Source: an uncultured Chthonomonadales bacterium
GTDB lineage: Bacteria > Armatimonadota > Chthonomonadetes > Chthonomonadales > CAJBBX01
DNA: 64,000 nt
Direction of reading: 5' to 3'
Assembly: GCA_938005745.1 (NCBI GenBank)
Contig: CALLMM010000016.1
Coordinates: forward strand, 12,192 to 76,191
Shown one piece after another: positions 46,515 through 56,783 of this stretch. Made by a program: the position numbers and the translations under genes. How positions within the stretch are numbered: position 1 is the stretch's first letter; each line of letters begins with the position of its first letter. The notes below the pieces were generated by a model. It worked only from the letters and a program-made list of their open reading frames with translations. It was not told the origin of the DNA and did not search any database.

Positions 46515-47842
46515 ATGCGTGTCAAACAGATAACCCTGCTGTTCGGCGCAGCCCTTCTTCTGATGGCGGTTAGTGCGCCAGCGCAGGAGACGCAGGCGGG
46601 CAGTGTGCGTTTTCGGATCCCGAAAGGGTGGAAGCGTGTAGATCAGGCGCAGACGATAGTTCTATTACCGCCAGAAGCGACGGGCGAAAAGAATCTGGGG
46701 ATAGCTATTCTCCCCGGAAGGGAGATCGAAGGCGATCTGCGGGGGGGGCGTTTGAAGCCCTGATTACGGGAGGCGTCGGTAAGGGCGAGAAGCTGGTACA
46801 GTCCAGCGAAACCCGGCAGGAGCGTTCTAACAAAGGCTTTGACTACCTGCTGAAAATCGTGACGGTGGAGGATACGGAGAGCGGAAGATGCACCGTACGT
46901 CTCTATGCCGCAGCGAAGGTCGGCAGCCGCATGGAGACGGTCATCGTCGCGTTCAATGATCGAGAACTGTATGAAAGATATCAGGCAGATGTGGAGGCGT
47001 TTTTCAACAGCTGGTCGTTTGTTCGGAGCGAAAAGAGTGAGCCGGAGGCTGCCCCTCGATCAAGAACAGAGCCGGCGCCCGTCCGCCGCCCCCGAAAGTC
47101 GGGACGAGACGTAGCCCCCTTTCAAATAGGCGAGTTGTACGTCGCCAATATTCTGGTGAACCGCCCGAAGACCTATGGCTTGGGCTATGAATACGTATCC
47201 TGGAACGAGTTCTGGTTGATACTGCCGGGGGGAAGGGTCTATTTCGGAATGCCTCCGGGGGATCCGGGCGATCTGGAATGGGATGCCGTTCGTCGCGAGC
47301 ATCCCGAAAAGATCGCAGCCTGTTCGGTGACGGGGGCAGTACAGGTTCACCTGGCGGAAAAGACCGATAACGCTGCCCCGTGGACTCAGCCGGATAGATC
47401 TGGGGCGCACCTTTGCCAATCAGGTCGGGACTACCGTCTTCGAGCGAGTGGTCCCCGCATCGAACCGGAGACTATCCGGCATCTATGCACGGCGCAGCTT
47501 CGCAGACACCTCGAGCGCGTTGCAGAGCGGCGGAGTGAGCGGCGAGACGAAGTTCGGCTTTAATGAGAAGGGACAGTTCGTCGTCACCAACTTCGTCGCC
47601 TACAGCGCAGCCTCAAAACTGGACCCGGTTCCTGGAGCCTCATCCGCTTTTCCAACCGGTCCTATCAGCGTGTTGACCTGGGAGAGCAATGCCCGGTACG
47701 GAATCGATCGCATTGTTGGGAACACGCTGGAGTTAACCTACTCTGATGGAACGCGGGAGCGTCTCTTCTTCTTTCGCTATCCGGATAGGAGGAGACGGTG
47801 ATCTGCATTGATGGGGCAAACTATCTGCGTCGGAAGCCGTAG
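46515..47842 (+). pseudogene. Secreted hypothetical protein interrupted by three frameshifts
   Basis: RBS AGGAGG and signal peptide APA-Q. Frame breaks at G8 46741-46748, at or after G5 47332-47336 and near 47787. Joined frames give a continuous protein ending ICIDGANYLRRKP*. Confidence 0.72.
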
Positions 47843-47892
47843 CGGTCCCCGCCGTATGGAGAGGGGGCGCCCCTCAACGCACGCAGCAGAGC

Positions 47893-47930
47893 AGACGCCC
47901 CGGCACAGCAGGAGCCGGGGCGTCTTTTCT
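47893..47930 (+). terminator. Intrinsic terminator between convergent genes
   Basis: AGACGCCCCGGC...GCCGGGGCGTCT-TTTCT. Confidence 0.7.
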
Positions 47931-47937
47931 GTTCGGG

Positions 47938-49548
47938 TCAGGCGGGCGTCTGAGCGGAACCCTCCTCCTCCGCTACCGCCCCCGCGCTGTCGCGCAGAAG
48001 CCCGTAGAGCACGCCGTCCAGCAGTGCGTGCCACGAGGCTTCGATCATGTTGGTGGAGACGCCGATCGTGCTCCAGGTGCGGTCGCCGTCGGAGGAGTCG
48101 ATGATCGTGCGGACTTTGGCGGCGGTTCCCTCGCGGACATTGACGACGCGCACCTTGAAGTCGGTCAGCTTGATGTCGGCGAGTTCGGGGTAGAAGTCCC
48201 GCAGCGCTTTGCGCAGAGCAAGGTCGAGCGCATGTACCGGACCGTCTCCCTCCGCCACCACCAGCTGCTCCGAGCCGTTGACCTTCAGCTTGACGGTCGC
48301 CTCGGTGATCGGTTCGCGCTCGCCGCGCTTCTCCACGATGACCCGGAAGCTCTCGACATCGAACAGCTTGCGGTAGGTTCCGACGGTCTGCATCAGCAGC
48401 AGTTCGAACGAGGCTTCAGCGCCCTCGAAGGAGTAGCCGTCGCTCTCCAGCTTCGCCACCTTTTTCAAAAGCTCCCGGGTCTCCGGCGAGTTTTTCGCCA
48501 GATCGAGGGCGTGACTGGCGGCTTTGTTGACGATGGTGCTGCCGCCGGACAGTTCCGAGACCAGCATCCGGCGCGAATTGCCCACGCACTCCGGGTCAAT
48601 ATGCTCGTAGGTGGCGCGGTGCTTGAGCACGGCGTCTACGTGTACCCCTCCTTTATGCGCGAAGGCGCTGCGTCCCACAAAGGGCTGGCGGGTATGCGGG
48701 GTGAGATTGGCGATCTCGTCCACATACTGGGAGAGGGCGGTCAGGTGCTTCAGGGAGTCCGGAAGCAGGCACTGGTAGTCCATCTTCAGCGACAGATTGG
48801 GAATGATGGAGCAGAGATTGGCGTTGCCGCACCGCTCCCCGTATCCGTTGACCGTTCCCTGCACGTGCACCGCGCCGCTGCGCACGGCAAACAGGGCGTT
48901 GGCGACCCCGCAGCCGGCGTCGTTGTGCGTATGGATGCCGATGGGAGCCTCTACCTGGCTGCCTACTGCGCGAACGATCTCCTCGATCTCGTACGGGAGC
49001 GTGCCGCCGTTAGTGTCGCACAGCACCAGCACCGCCGCTCCCGCCGACTGCGCCGCGCGCAGGCATTGGAGGGCGTAGTCCGGATTGTGTTTGTAGCCGT
49101 CGAAGAAGTGTTCGGCGTCGTAGATCACTTCCGGCACGCGCGCCGCCAGATAGGAGACGGTGTCGTGGATCATCGCCAGGTTCTCCTCGTAGGAGACCTT
49201 GAGCGCATGGGTTACGTGGAAGTCCCACGACTTGCCGAAGATCGTAACGACCGGCGTCTCTGCCTGCACGAGCATCTGCACCAGCTCATCCTCGGCGGCG
49301 GCGCGGTGCGGGCGGCGCGTGCTGCCGAAGGCAGCCATCCGCGCATGGTCGAAGCGAACCTTTTTAACCCGCTCAAAGAACTCGATATCCTTGGGATTCG
49401 AGCCGGGCCACCCGCCCTCGATGTAGTCCATGCCGAACTCATCGAGTTTGCGGGCGATCCGCACTTTATCTTCGAGCGAGAAGCTCACTCCTTCGCCCTG
49501 CGAGCCGTCGCGCAGGGTCGTATCGTAGATGGCAATCCGTTGCTGCAT
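47938..49548 (-). CDS. cimA: Citramalate synthase
   Basis: YDTTLRDGSQGEG, EGGWPGSNPKD, IFGKSWDFHV, YDAEHFFDG, GERCGNANL. Confidence 0.92.
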   Translation of the reverse strand: MQQRIAIYDTTLRDGSQGEGVSFSLEDKVRIARKLDEFGMDYIEGGWPGSNPKDIEFFERVKKVRFDHARMAAFGSTRRPHRAAAEDELVQMLVQAETPVVTIFGKSWDFHVTHALKVSYEENLAMIHDTVSYLAARVPEVIYDAEHFFDGYKHNPDYALQCLRAAQSAGAAVLVLCDTNGGTLPYEIEEIVRAVGSQVEAPIGIHTHNDAGCGVANALFAVRSGAVHVQGTVNGYGERCGNANLCSIIPNLSLKMDYQCLLPDSLKHLTALSQYVDEIANLTPHTRQPFVGRSAFAHKGGVHVDAVLKHRATYEHIDPECVGNSRRMLVSELSGGSTIVNKAASHALDLAKNSPETRELLKKVAKLESDGYSFEGAEASFELLLMQTVGTYRKLFDVESFRVIVEKRGEREPITEATVKLKVNGSEQLVVAEGDGPVHALDLALRKALRDFYPELADIKLTDFKVRVVNVREGTAAKVRTIIDSSDGDRTWSTIGVSTNMIEASWHALLDGVLYGLLRDSAGAVAEEEGSAQTPA

Positions 49549-49602
49549 ACGCTCTCTCTTTCGGTATCGGGGGCTTCGGCTCCGCGTTGAGCCGGTCGGG
49601 GA

Positions 49603-49941
49603 CTACAGAGCGGCGTCTCCGCGTTCGCCGGTGCGAATGCGAATCGCCTCTTCGACTTCGGAGAGGAACACCTTCCCGTCTCCGATCTCGCCGGTGCGCG
49701 CCGCCTCCAGAACGACCTCCACCGCCTCTTCCGCGCGGTCATCCGGCACGACGAACTCTAGCTTCACCTTCGGAAGCAGGTTGACGATATAGGTGTTGCC
49801 GCGATACTTCTCCGTGCGTCCGCGCTGCCGACCGTAGCCGCGCACATCCGTCACGGTCATACCGGTGATGCCTATGGAAGAGAGCGCCTCTTTCACGTCG
49901 TCAAATTTGGTGGGGCGCATCACTACTTCGATTCGTTTCAT
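49603..49941 (-). CDS. glnB: P-II nitrogen regulatory protein
   Basis: GYGRQRG.TE.YRG..Y, LLPKVKLE, RTGEIGDGKVF, IRIRTGE. Confidence 0.93.
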   Translation of the reverse strand: MKRIEVVMRPTKFDDVKEALSSIGITGMTVTDVRGYGRQRGRTEKYRGNTYIVNLLPKVKLEFVVPDDRAEEAVEVVLEAARTGEIGDGKVFLSEVEEAIRIRTGERGDAAL

Positions 49942-49969
49942 CGCTTCCCTGAACTCTGTCGGGCGAGAA

Positions 49970-50632
49970 TCACGCCGCAGGCGGCGGCTCCATCGCTTCC
50001 GGCGCCGGCGCGGTCTCTATCTGCTGAGTCGCCGGGGGTGTCTGAGCCTCCTCCGGCGGCGTGCGGTAGCGCAGCACCTTCGCGGGGACGCCCGCCACCA
50101 CGGCGTTGTCCGGCACATCCTTGACGACGACCGCCTGCGCGCCGATAATCACGTTGTTGCCGACGCGCACATATCCGAGCACCTTTGCGCCGACGCCGAT
50201 CTCCACGTTGTCGCCGATGTAGGGCGTGCCGGTGTCGGTCGCGCCGATGATGACTCCCGGCTTGATCCACAGATCTTTGCCGATGTTGGCTTTGCTGTTA
50301 ATGATGATACCGCACAGATGGTCAATTCGCAGTCCGGCGTCAATGGCGGTGGTGCGCGGAATATCTATCTGCAGGCGCGTTCTCACCCAGTTGTAGAGCA
50401 GGAAGTAGTAGAGATCGCATATCTGCCGGATGATCGGTATGCGGCAGCGATACTTCACCCACTGTCCGTAGCGATAGACGACCACTGCGAGCAGGGCGGG
50501 ATGTTCATAGGCGGCGCGCGCCAGTTGTTTCAGGAACTTCCGCGACCAGGGGCGCACCTCCTTGCCCGTGTACCGCTGCATATCCGCCGTAAATGTCGCC
50601 CAGAGGTTTTTGCCGCGATCTTCCCAGCGCAT
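49970..50632 (-). CDS. Serine O-acetyltransferase-like hexapeptide-repeat protein
   Basis: IDAGLRIDH, IGDNVEIGVGAKVLG, DVPDNAVVAGVPAKV. Confidence 0.85.
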   Translation of the reverse strand: MRWEDRGKNLWATFTADMQRYTGKEVRPWSRKFLKQLARAAYEHPALLAVVVYRYGQWVKYRCRIPIIRQICDLYYFLLYNWVRTRLQIDIPRTTAIDAGLRIDHLCGIIINSKANIGKDLWIKPGVIIGATDTGTPYIGDNVEIGVGAKVLGYVRVGNNVIIGAQAVVVKDVPDNAVVAGVPAKVLRYRTPPEEAQTPPATQQIETAPAPEAMEPPPAA

Positions 50633-50655
50633 GGATAGTCCGTCCAGACGTTCGC

Positions 50656-51651
50656 CTACTGCTTGACGCCGGCGTCGCGAGTGGCGGCCGTTACGACGTT
50701 CGCCTGCGTAACCTCCATCCGCGCCGTCTCCGTCTCCATGTAGAGGCGTTTTTCCCGATCTATGGCGAAACGGCTGCTTTCGCGCACTCCAACGCGCAGG
50801 TGGTCGGCGTAGTCGTCCCGGAACCACTTGCGGCGCGTTAGCAGCAGCTTCCACTGCCGGGCGCGGGCGGTCGCCCACTGACGCAGCAGGCAGTAGAGCG
50901 CGTAGGCGTCGCCGCAGCGGACATGCTTCCAGTAGAAGGCTCCGTCGCCGATACCGTAGTTTTTCATGGTGATGGGCCACTGTTCGCGGGTGCGCGTTCC
51001 GTAGTGATCCACTTTCACCAGCGGCTCCAGCAGGATGACGTATCCGGCGCGAAAGACCCGGTAGGCGAAGTCAAAGTCCTGCGAGGAGCGCAGGGGACCG
51101 CCGCCCCCCAGCGCCTCGTCGAAGCCACCCACCTTTTCGATGATCGAGCGGCGGATCGCCATGTTCGCGCCCATGCCGAAGACTTTGAAGCCCAGCCCCT
51201 CGCCCAGACGCTCCCGCCGGGGGATGGGCAGCGCGGGAACGATGATCCCCTGCTTGACCGATTCTTTCAGGCTTTCGGGAACCAGCACCTGCCCGTAGAG
51301 CAGACCGGCTTTCGGGTCGGCGTCCATCGCCTCCCGGATCTGGGTCAGCCAGTCCGCAGGCACGATCACATCGTCGTCGGTGAACGCCATGATCTCGCCT
51401 TCGGTCGCCTTCATGCCCAGATTGTAGGCGCGAGACAGCCCGGCTTTATCCAGGTGATGATAGACGATGGCGCAGCGATCGCGGTACTGGCGCGCGAGGG
51501 TCTCGATGATCTTCTGCGTCGCGTCCGTCGTGCTCTGATCCATGATATGGATATCGAAAGAGGGATAGTCGCACTGCGCGATGCTCTCAATCGCCTGCCC
51601 GATGGTGTCGGGACGGTCGCGGGTACAGACTATTACGGAGATATCTACCAT
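50656..51651 (-). CDS. Glycosyltransferase family 2
   Basis: ISVIVCTRDR, AFTDDD, GANMAIRR..VGGFDE, QDFDFAYR. Confidence 0.9.
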   Translation of the reverse strand: MVDISVIVCTRDRPDTIGQAIESIAQCDYPSFDIHIMDQSTTDATQKIIETLARQYRDRCAIVYHHLDKAGLSRAYNLGMKATEGEIMAFTDDDVIVPADWLTQIREAMDADPKAGLLYGQVLVPESLKESVKQGIIVPALPIPRRERLGEGLGFKVFGMGANMAIRRSIIEKVGGFDEALGGGGPLRSSQDFDFAYRVFRAGYVILLEPLVKVDHYGTRTREQWPITMKNYGIGDGAFYWKHVRCGDAYALYCLLRQWATARARQWKLLLTRRKWFRDDYADHLRVGVRESSRFAIDREKRLYMETETARMEVTQANVVTAATRDAGVKQ

Positions 51652-51719
51652 GAGCACTTCCTCTCCACCGGGCACAGATCAGCTGCCTGACGGCGTCCGA
51701 CGCTCTGCCGCGCAGCTTC

Positions 51720-53126
51720 TCAAGCCCATTTCCCCCAGTTTGCGTTGGCGGTTTCGGCAAATCGAACGGTCAGTTCGGGCACATCCAGCAGCGTCCAGTT
51801 CACCCATTCGACCCCCTGCATGAACGAGTGATCCTGATTGGAGACCTCGTACCGCCACGCTCCGAAACGTCCGCGGGAGGCGATGCCGATCTTTTTCAAC
51901 GCCGGTTCGATCTTCCGGAGCAGTTCGTTGCGCTCCAGAGACGGGGTCGGGTAGCCGTGCTCCGCCACATAGTACCAGGTGTGATAGACCTGGTCCCGGC
52001 TGTGGATCAGACCGGTGTTCAGCAGTCCCTGAATGGTCTCCTCCACCACGGTCTCCCGGTTAACCGGCTTGACGCCCGATTCGCTGGTCTCGGTCATCAG
52101 CGACCAGAACTTTCCGGTCTCCGGCTCCGGCACGTTGTTGGGGGAGTAGTGCGAGAAGACGGTAACCCGATAGAAGGGGCAGTTGCTCTCCGGGAAGTAC
52201 ATCCAGCACTTCTTCTGCAGTTTCGCGGGCATCTCGCCCGTCAATCCCACTCCGATGATGTGCGAATGGGAGTAGAGCAGCTTAGACGCCGGCTCCATCA
52301 CCTCGTCCACGCAGGGGTGCAGCATCCTGCCCAGCACGTCGAGCGGAACGGTGCTCAGCAGGCGGTCATAGGCGATCTGCTCGCCCTCCTCGGTGCGTAT
52401 TCGCTTTGCGGCATGGTCTATCGCCTGAACGCGGGTGTTGTAGCGGAAGTGCTGTGCGCCGATCTGCGACGCCAGCGCGCGCCAGACCGCTCCCGTGCCG
52501 CCGTAGCGGGGGAACTGGAAGGTGTTATTGGGTCCCCAGCTCACATCGTCTTTCTCCAGGATGATGTTCTCCGACACCCGCCCGATATCCACGACCGCCA
52601 CGCGCTCTCCGACCCATCCCGCCCACATGCGCTCGGGCGGATACGCCCAGACCTTGAAGTTGTACGGCTCCATGAAGATTTCGCGCAGCCCCCTGCCGAA
52701 AGTCTGATCAATCCAGGAGCCAAAGTCCTGATTCGGGGAGGGAGTTCGCGGGGGGCGTTCCGCCAGTCCGCGCAGCGCCTTCGCGATCATCTCGCGGGGC
52801 AGATAGCGCAGATTGTTTTGAAAAGGGTAGGGGACGAATCGGTCGGCGATCCAGACCCACGACTCGCGCTCGTGATGGAGCCAGCCGTCCTCGCCCAGAG
52901 CCTCCTTCATCGCCCGGTCGAAGTAATCGTAGTGAGAGAACTGGACATGGCCGCCGACGTCCCAGGTGAAGCCCTTCTCATCCTGGTAGCTGCTGGCGAG
53001 TCCGCCCGCCTGTTCACTGGCTTCGAGGACCTGAAAGTTGGTATATCCCAGTTTTTTAAGACGATACGCCGCCCCGATTCCGGTCGGGCCCGCGCCGATA
53101 ATCACGATCTTGCCGACATCGTTCAA
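51720..53126 (-). CDS. FAD-dependent oxidoreductase, probable eukaryote-type UDP-galactopyranose mutase
   Basis: GAGPTG.GAA, GFTWDVGGHVQFSHY, PYNFKVWA, WVGERVA, WGPNNTF.FP..GGTG, RGRFGAWRYEVSNQDHSFMQGVE. Confidence 0.8.
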   Translation of the reverse strand: MNDVGKIVIIGAGPTGIGAAYRLKKLGYTNFQVLEASEQAGGLASSYQDEKGFTWDVGGHVQFSHYDYFDRAMKEALGEDGWLHHERESWVWIADRFVPYPFQNNLRYLPREMIAKALRGLAERPPRTPSPNQDFGSWIDQTFGRGLREIFMEPYNFKVWAYPPERMWAGWVGERVAVVDIGRVSENIILEKDDVSWGPNNTFQFPRYGGTGAVWRALASQIGAQHFRYNTRVQAIDHAAKRIRTEEGEQIAYDRLLSTVPLDVLGRMLHPCVDEVMEPASKLLYSHSHIIGVGLTGEMPAKLQKKCWMYFPESNCPFYRVTVFSHYSPNNVPEPETGKFWSLMTETSESGVKPVNRETVVEETIQGLLNTGLIHSRDQVYHTWYYVAEHGYPTPSLERNELLRKIEPALKKIGIASRGRFGAWRYEVSNQDHSFMQGVEWVNWTLLDVPELTVRFAETANANWGKWA

Positions 53127-53212
53127 TGCTGCGGTCTCCTGATGCAGGTGTCTGGTAGGTCTCTCTTCTCCGCGCTGCCTCTGCGACGGGTTCCGGGCAG
53201 TCCGTTCGCCGT

Positions 53213-54298
53213 TCAGCGCAGCCGTTCGATCACGCGCTCGCCCATCTCCCGGGTTCCGATCGGCGTGTCGCCCGGACCGGCGATGTCCGCCGTCCGGTAT
53301 CCGGCTTCGATGGCATGCTCGACGGCGCGCTCGACGTCGAGCGCCGCCTCCTCCATGTCCAGCGAGTAGCGCAGCAGCATGGCTGCCGAGAGAATCGCCG
53401 CCAGCGGATTGGCGATGTCCTTGCCGGCGATGTCCGGCGCGGAGCCGTGCACCGGCTCATACAGTCCCCGACTGCCGTTGCCCAGGCTGGCGGAGGGCAG
53501 CATTCCCAGACTGCCCGTCAGCATGGCGGCTTCGTCGCTGAGAATGTCCCCGAACATATTTTCGGTAACAATCACATCAAACTGGCGAGGATTCCGAATC
53601 AATTGCATGGCGCAGTTGTCTACCAGCATGTGCGTCAGTTCGACCTGCGGGTAGTCGGCGGCGACATGGGTCACGATGTCCCGCCACAGGCGCGAGGTCT
53701 CCATCACGTTGGCTTTGTCCACCGAGCAGATGCGCCTCTGCCGGCGCAGCGCCGCCTCGAACCCGACCCGCGCGATCCGCTCGATCTCTTCGCTGAAGTA
53801 GATGCAGGTGTCAATGGCGCGATGCCCGTCTTCGGTGCGCTCTTTGGGCGTGCCGAAGTAGATGCCCCCGGTCAGTTCGCGCACGACCAGGATGTCCAGC
53901 CCTTCGCCCAGAAGCGCGTTCTTCAGCGGCGAGGCGTCGGCAAGCGCGGGATAGAGCCGCGCCGGGCGCAGATTGGCGTAGAGTGAAAGCTCTTTCCGCA
54001 GAGGCAGCAGCGCGCCCAGCTCCGGGCGCATGGTCGGCGGCTCGATTCTGTCCCATTTGGGACCGCCCACCGCGCCGAACAGGATCGCGTCGGCGTGGCG
54101 GCAGAGCGCCAGCGTCTCCGGCGGCAGCGGGTGCCCCGTCTCGTCGTAAGCGATCCCTCCGACCAACCCCTCTTCAAACAAAACAGTGACGCCGTGCCGG
54201 CGCGCCACCGCATTCAACACCTGAACCGCCTGTTCGACCACCTCCGGACCGATGCCGTCACCGGGCAGCACTGCAATCGTCTTCACCATTTCACTCAT
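53213..54298 (-). CDS. leuB: 3-isopropylmalate dehydrogenase
   Basis: [47 protein letters not shown]. Confidence 0.96.
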   Translation of the reverse strand: MSEMVKTIAVLPGDGIGPEVVEQAVQVLNAVARRHGVTVLFEEGLVGGIAYDETGHPLPPETLALCRHADAILFGAVGGPKWDRIEPPTMRPELGALLPLRKELSLYANLRPARLYPALADASPLKNALLGEGLDILVVRELTGGIYFGTPKERTEDGHRAIDTCIYFSEEIERIARVGFEAALRRQRRICSVDKANVMETSRLWRDIVTHVAADYPQVELTHMLVDNCAMQLIRNPRQFDVIVTENMFGDILSDEAAMLTGSLGMLPSASLGNGSRGLYEPVHGSAPDIAGKDIANPLAAILSAAMLLRYSLDMEEAALDVERAVEHAIEAGYRTADIAGPGDTPIGTREMGERVIERLR

Positions 54299-54369
54299 CC
54301 CTCACCTCCCACAGAGTGCGAAGCCACAGGGCGTTATGGAGTGAAACGGCGTGTGAAAAACGCATGGCT

Positions 54370-54858
54370 TCATTCTGCGTTATCGGCGCTCCCTTCCTGT
54401 GATAAGCTCTGTTCCATCACGAACGAGACCTGATGGAATCCGGCGCGCCGCCAGAATCGAACGGCGGCTTCATTGGCGGCGACCACCTGCACCGAAACGC
54501 GCGTGATTCCTTGACGCCGCAGCGCCGCCAGTAGTTCCATCACCAGCCGCGTGCCGAACCCTCGCCCCCGATAGGGAGGCGCGACCGCCAGCAGTTCGAT
54601 GACGGCGCGCTGCTGTGAGCGGCGCGAGACGTCCGGCTCAAAACGCGCCCCGACATAGCCCAGCGTGGTGTGTTCCGCGCGCGCCACCAGCGCGATTGCC
54701 TGCTCCCCCGGCAGATAGGCGCGCAGATGCTCCTCCATCTCCGTGTCGCTCATCCCTTCCCAGAGCCGGGTGTCCGGCTGCGAGGCGAAGGAGAGCGCGT
54801 CGCGAGTCAGAGACGCCATGCTTTTCAGATCCGATTCGGTCGCCGGCTCGATAATCAT
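54370..54858 (-). CDS. GNAT N-acetyltransferase
   Basis: LAV.P.YRGRGFG, N..A.RFW...GF. Confidence 0.85.
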   Translation of the reverse strand: MIIEPATESDLKSMASLTRDALSFASQPDTRLWEGMSDTEMEEHLRAYLPGEQAIALVARAEHTTLGYVGARFEPDVSRRSQQRAVIELLAVAPPYRGRGFGTRLVMELLAALRRQGITRVSVQVVAANEAAVRFWRRAGFHQVSFVMEQSLSQEGSADNAE

Positions 54859-55367
54859 CCCTTCTTTCCCTCCACATCCATCCGCAGCATGCGCAGAAAC
54901 GGGCGAAATCCCATCGCCTCCCAGAACTGCCCCGAGATCGGGTTCGCCTCCGAGATAAACAGTTCGATGGCGGTCACCTCATGCCTGCGAAACCAGAGCA
55001 GCAGGCTCTCCACCAGCGCGCGCCCCACGCCGCGCCGCCGCCACCCCTGCGTTACCGATATATCGGAGATGAAACCGTACTTCCCCATCGGGTAGATCGG
55101 CTTGCGGACGTGCAGTTCGCCCAGAATATAGCCGATGACGCTGCCCGCCGACACCGCGACCAGCACATGCGCGCTGCGCGAACGGATGGCGGCGTGCAGC
55201 TGACGCTGCAGTTCGCGCGCCGCATTCGGGGCGAACCGGAAGCGCGAATCGTAGGCGTGGTGGAAGTCCATCATCTCCTCCCACAACGCCACAATTGCCG
55301 GAATATCCTGTCGCTGCGCTTCTCGCAGGATAAATCCGCCTGCCTGCGCTGGCTGGTCGGTCTGCAT
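54855..55367 (-). CDS. GNAT N-acetyltransferase
   Basis: ISV...WRRRGVG, ANP....FW.AMGF; 4-bp overlap with next GNAT gene. Confidence 0.85.
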   Translation of the reverse strand: MQTDQPAQAGGFILREAQRQDIPAIVALWEEMMDFHHAYDSRFRFAPNAARELQRQLHAAIRSRSAHVLVAVSAGSVIGYILGELHVRKPIYPMGKYGFISDISVTQGWRRRGVGRALVESLLLWFRRHEVTAIELFISEANPISGQFWEAMGFRPFLRMLRMDVEGKKG

Positions 55368-55442
55368 GTTCCTCTGGCTGGTCGGGGAGAGGAGGAGGCA
55401 GCCGCGATCCGTCTCCGGCTGCCTCCTTCGGTTTCGGGCGGG

Positions 55443-56012
55443 CTATTCCAGCGAGCGGACAAAGGCGACTCCGGGCGGCTCCTCGCCGTACTCCGGCAGA
55501 CGGTCGGTGCGCGCGATACACCGCTCCAGGTCCCGCATATCGAAGTAGTTGCGTCCGACCACATTGCGAAGCTCGCGCGCCGTCATATCCGGATGCGCCA
55601 CCACCGCGATTCGTTTTCCGCGTGAGCGCACCAGTTCCAGCGCACGCTCAAAGTCGCCGTCGCCGCTGAGCAGGATGCAGGTGTCGTACAGATTGACGGT
55701 GTTGAACATATCAATCACCAGTTCAATATCGAGATTTGCCTTCTCCACGATCTCGCCGGTGGTGTCGTCCACCATCTGCTTGATGGTCTTGGTGCGAACC
55801 GTGTAGCCGGAGTACATCAGATACTCATGGAATGCGCCGTCGCGTCCTTTGGTCTGCGTATCCGCGCCCGTATAGTAGTAGGCTTCGCTGATGATATTAC
55901 CGGCTTCGCGTCCGAAATAGGAGAGAACCTTGCGAAAGTCAATATACCATCCCAGTTTCTTCTGCGCGTAGTACATATTCGCGCCATCCACAAAGATCGA
56001 AACGCGCTGCAT
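55443..56012 (-). CDS. NYN domain (LabA/DUF88) protein
   Basis: FVDGANM, EKANLDIE..IDM, LLSGDGDF. Confidence 0.92.
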   Translation of the reverse strand: MQRVSIFVDGANMYYAQKKLGWYIDFRKVLSYFGREAGNIISEAYYYTGADTQTKGRDGAFHEYLMYSGYTVRTKTIKQMVDDTTGEIVEKANLDIELVIDMFNTVNLYDTCILLSGDGDFERALELVRSRGKRIAVVAHPDMTARELRNVVGRNYFDMRDLERCIARTDRLPEYGEEPPGVAFVRSLE

Positions 56013-56078
56013 CCGTTACCATTCCTCTCTGTCAGAACAGAAACGACGGGCGAGAGGGGGCAGGATAGCTTTCGCCCC

Positions 56079-56696
56079 TCACGCTTTCGCGCCGACGCCT
56101 CGTTTCCACGCCGGTCGGCGGGATTCGTAGACGCGGATCGCCTCTTCATATTGCAGTGTCAGTCCAATGTCGTCCAGACCGTTCAGCAGGCAGTGTCTGC
56201 GGAACGGGTCTATCTCAAACGCCACAGAGAAGCCCTCCGAGTCGTTGACCGTCTGCGCCTCCAGGTCCACCGTCAGCTGGCAGCCGGGGTGCCTCTGCGC
56301 CCGCTCAATAATCTGCGCGACGGCGTCTTCGGGCAGTACGACCGGGAGTATACCATTTTTGAAGCAGTTATTGTAGAAGATGTCGGCGAAGGAGGGGGCG
56401 AGAATGGCGCGAAAGCCGTAGTCCAGCAGCGCCCAAGGCGCATGTTCCCGGCTGGAGCCGCTGCCGAAGTTCTTGCCTGCGGCGAGGATCGTCGCTCCCT
56501 GGTAGCCCGGCGCGTTCAGTTCGAACTCCGGACTGAGGGAGCCGTCCTCATGGTATCGCCAGTCGAAGAAGAGAAACTCCCCGAACCCGGTGCGCTCCAC
56601 GCGCTTGAGGAACTGCTTGGGGATGATCTGATCGGTGTCCACGTTCGCCCGATCCAGCGGGGCGACGATGCCGGTGTGTCTGACAAAAGGTTCCAA
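56079..56696 (-). CDS. leuD: 3-isopropylmalate dehydratase small subunit
   Basis: [32 protein letters not shown]; TTG start with AAGGAG RBS. Confidence 0.96.
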   Translation of the reverse strand: MEPFVRHTGIVAPLDRANVDTDQIIPKQFLKRVERTGFGEFLFFDWRYHEDGSLSPEFELNAPGYQGATILAAGKNFGSGSSREHAPWALLDYGFRAILAPSFADIFYNNCFKNGILPVVLPEDAVAQIIERAQRHPGCQLTVDLEAQTVNDSEGFSVAFEIDPFRRHCLLNGLDDIGLTLQYEEAIRVYESRRPAWKRGVGAKA

Positions 56697-56714
56697 CGAC
56701 GGTTCTCCTTCACA

Positions 56715-56762
56715 AGATGCCGATGCCGGCAGATGCCGATGCCGGCAGATGCCGATGCAGGC
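56715..56762. repeat. Tandem repeat, 3 x 16 bp, in the leuC-leuD spacer
   Basis: AGATGCCGATGCCGGC x2 + AGATGCCGATGCAGGC. Confidence 0.85.
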
Positions 56763-56783
56763 GCCGCCGCGCAGGCAGCGCGC

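Noticed and set aside
50633-50980. N-terminal extension of the acetyltransferase ORF
   Set aside because: It overlaps the GT2 gene in another frame and is not protein-like
56715-56762. Possible mini CRISPR array
   Set aside because: Units are 16 bp, directly adjacent, with no spacers and no cas genes
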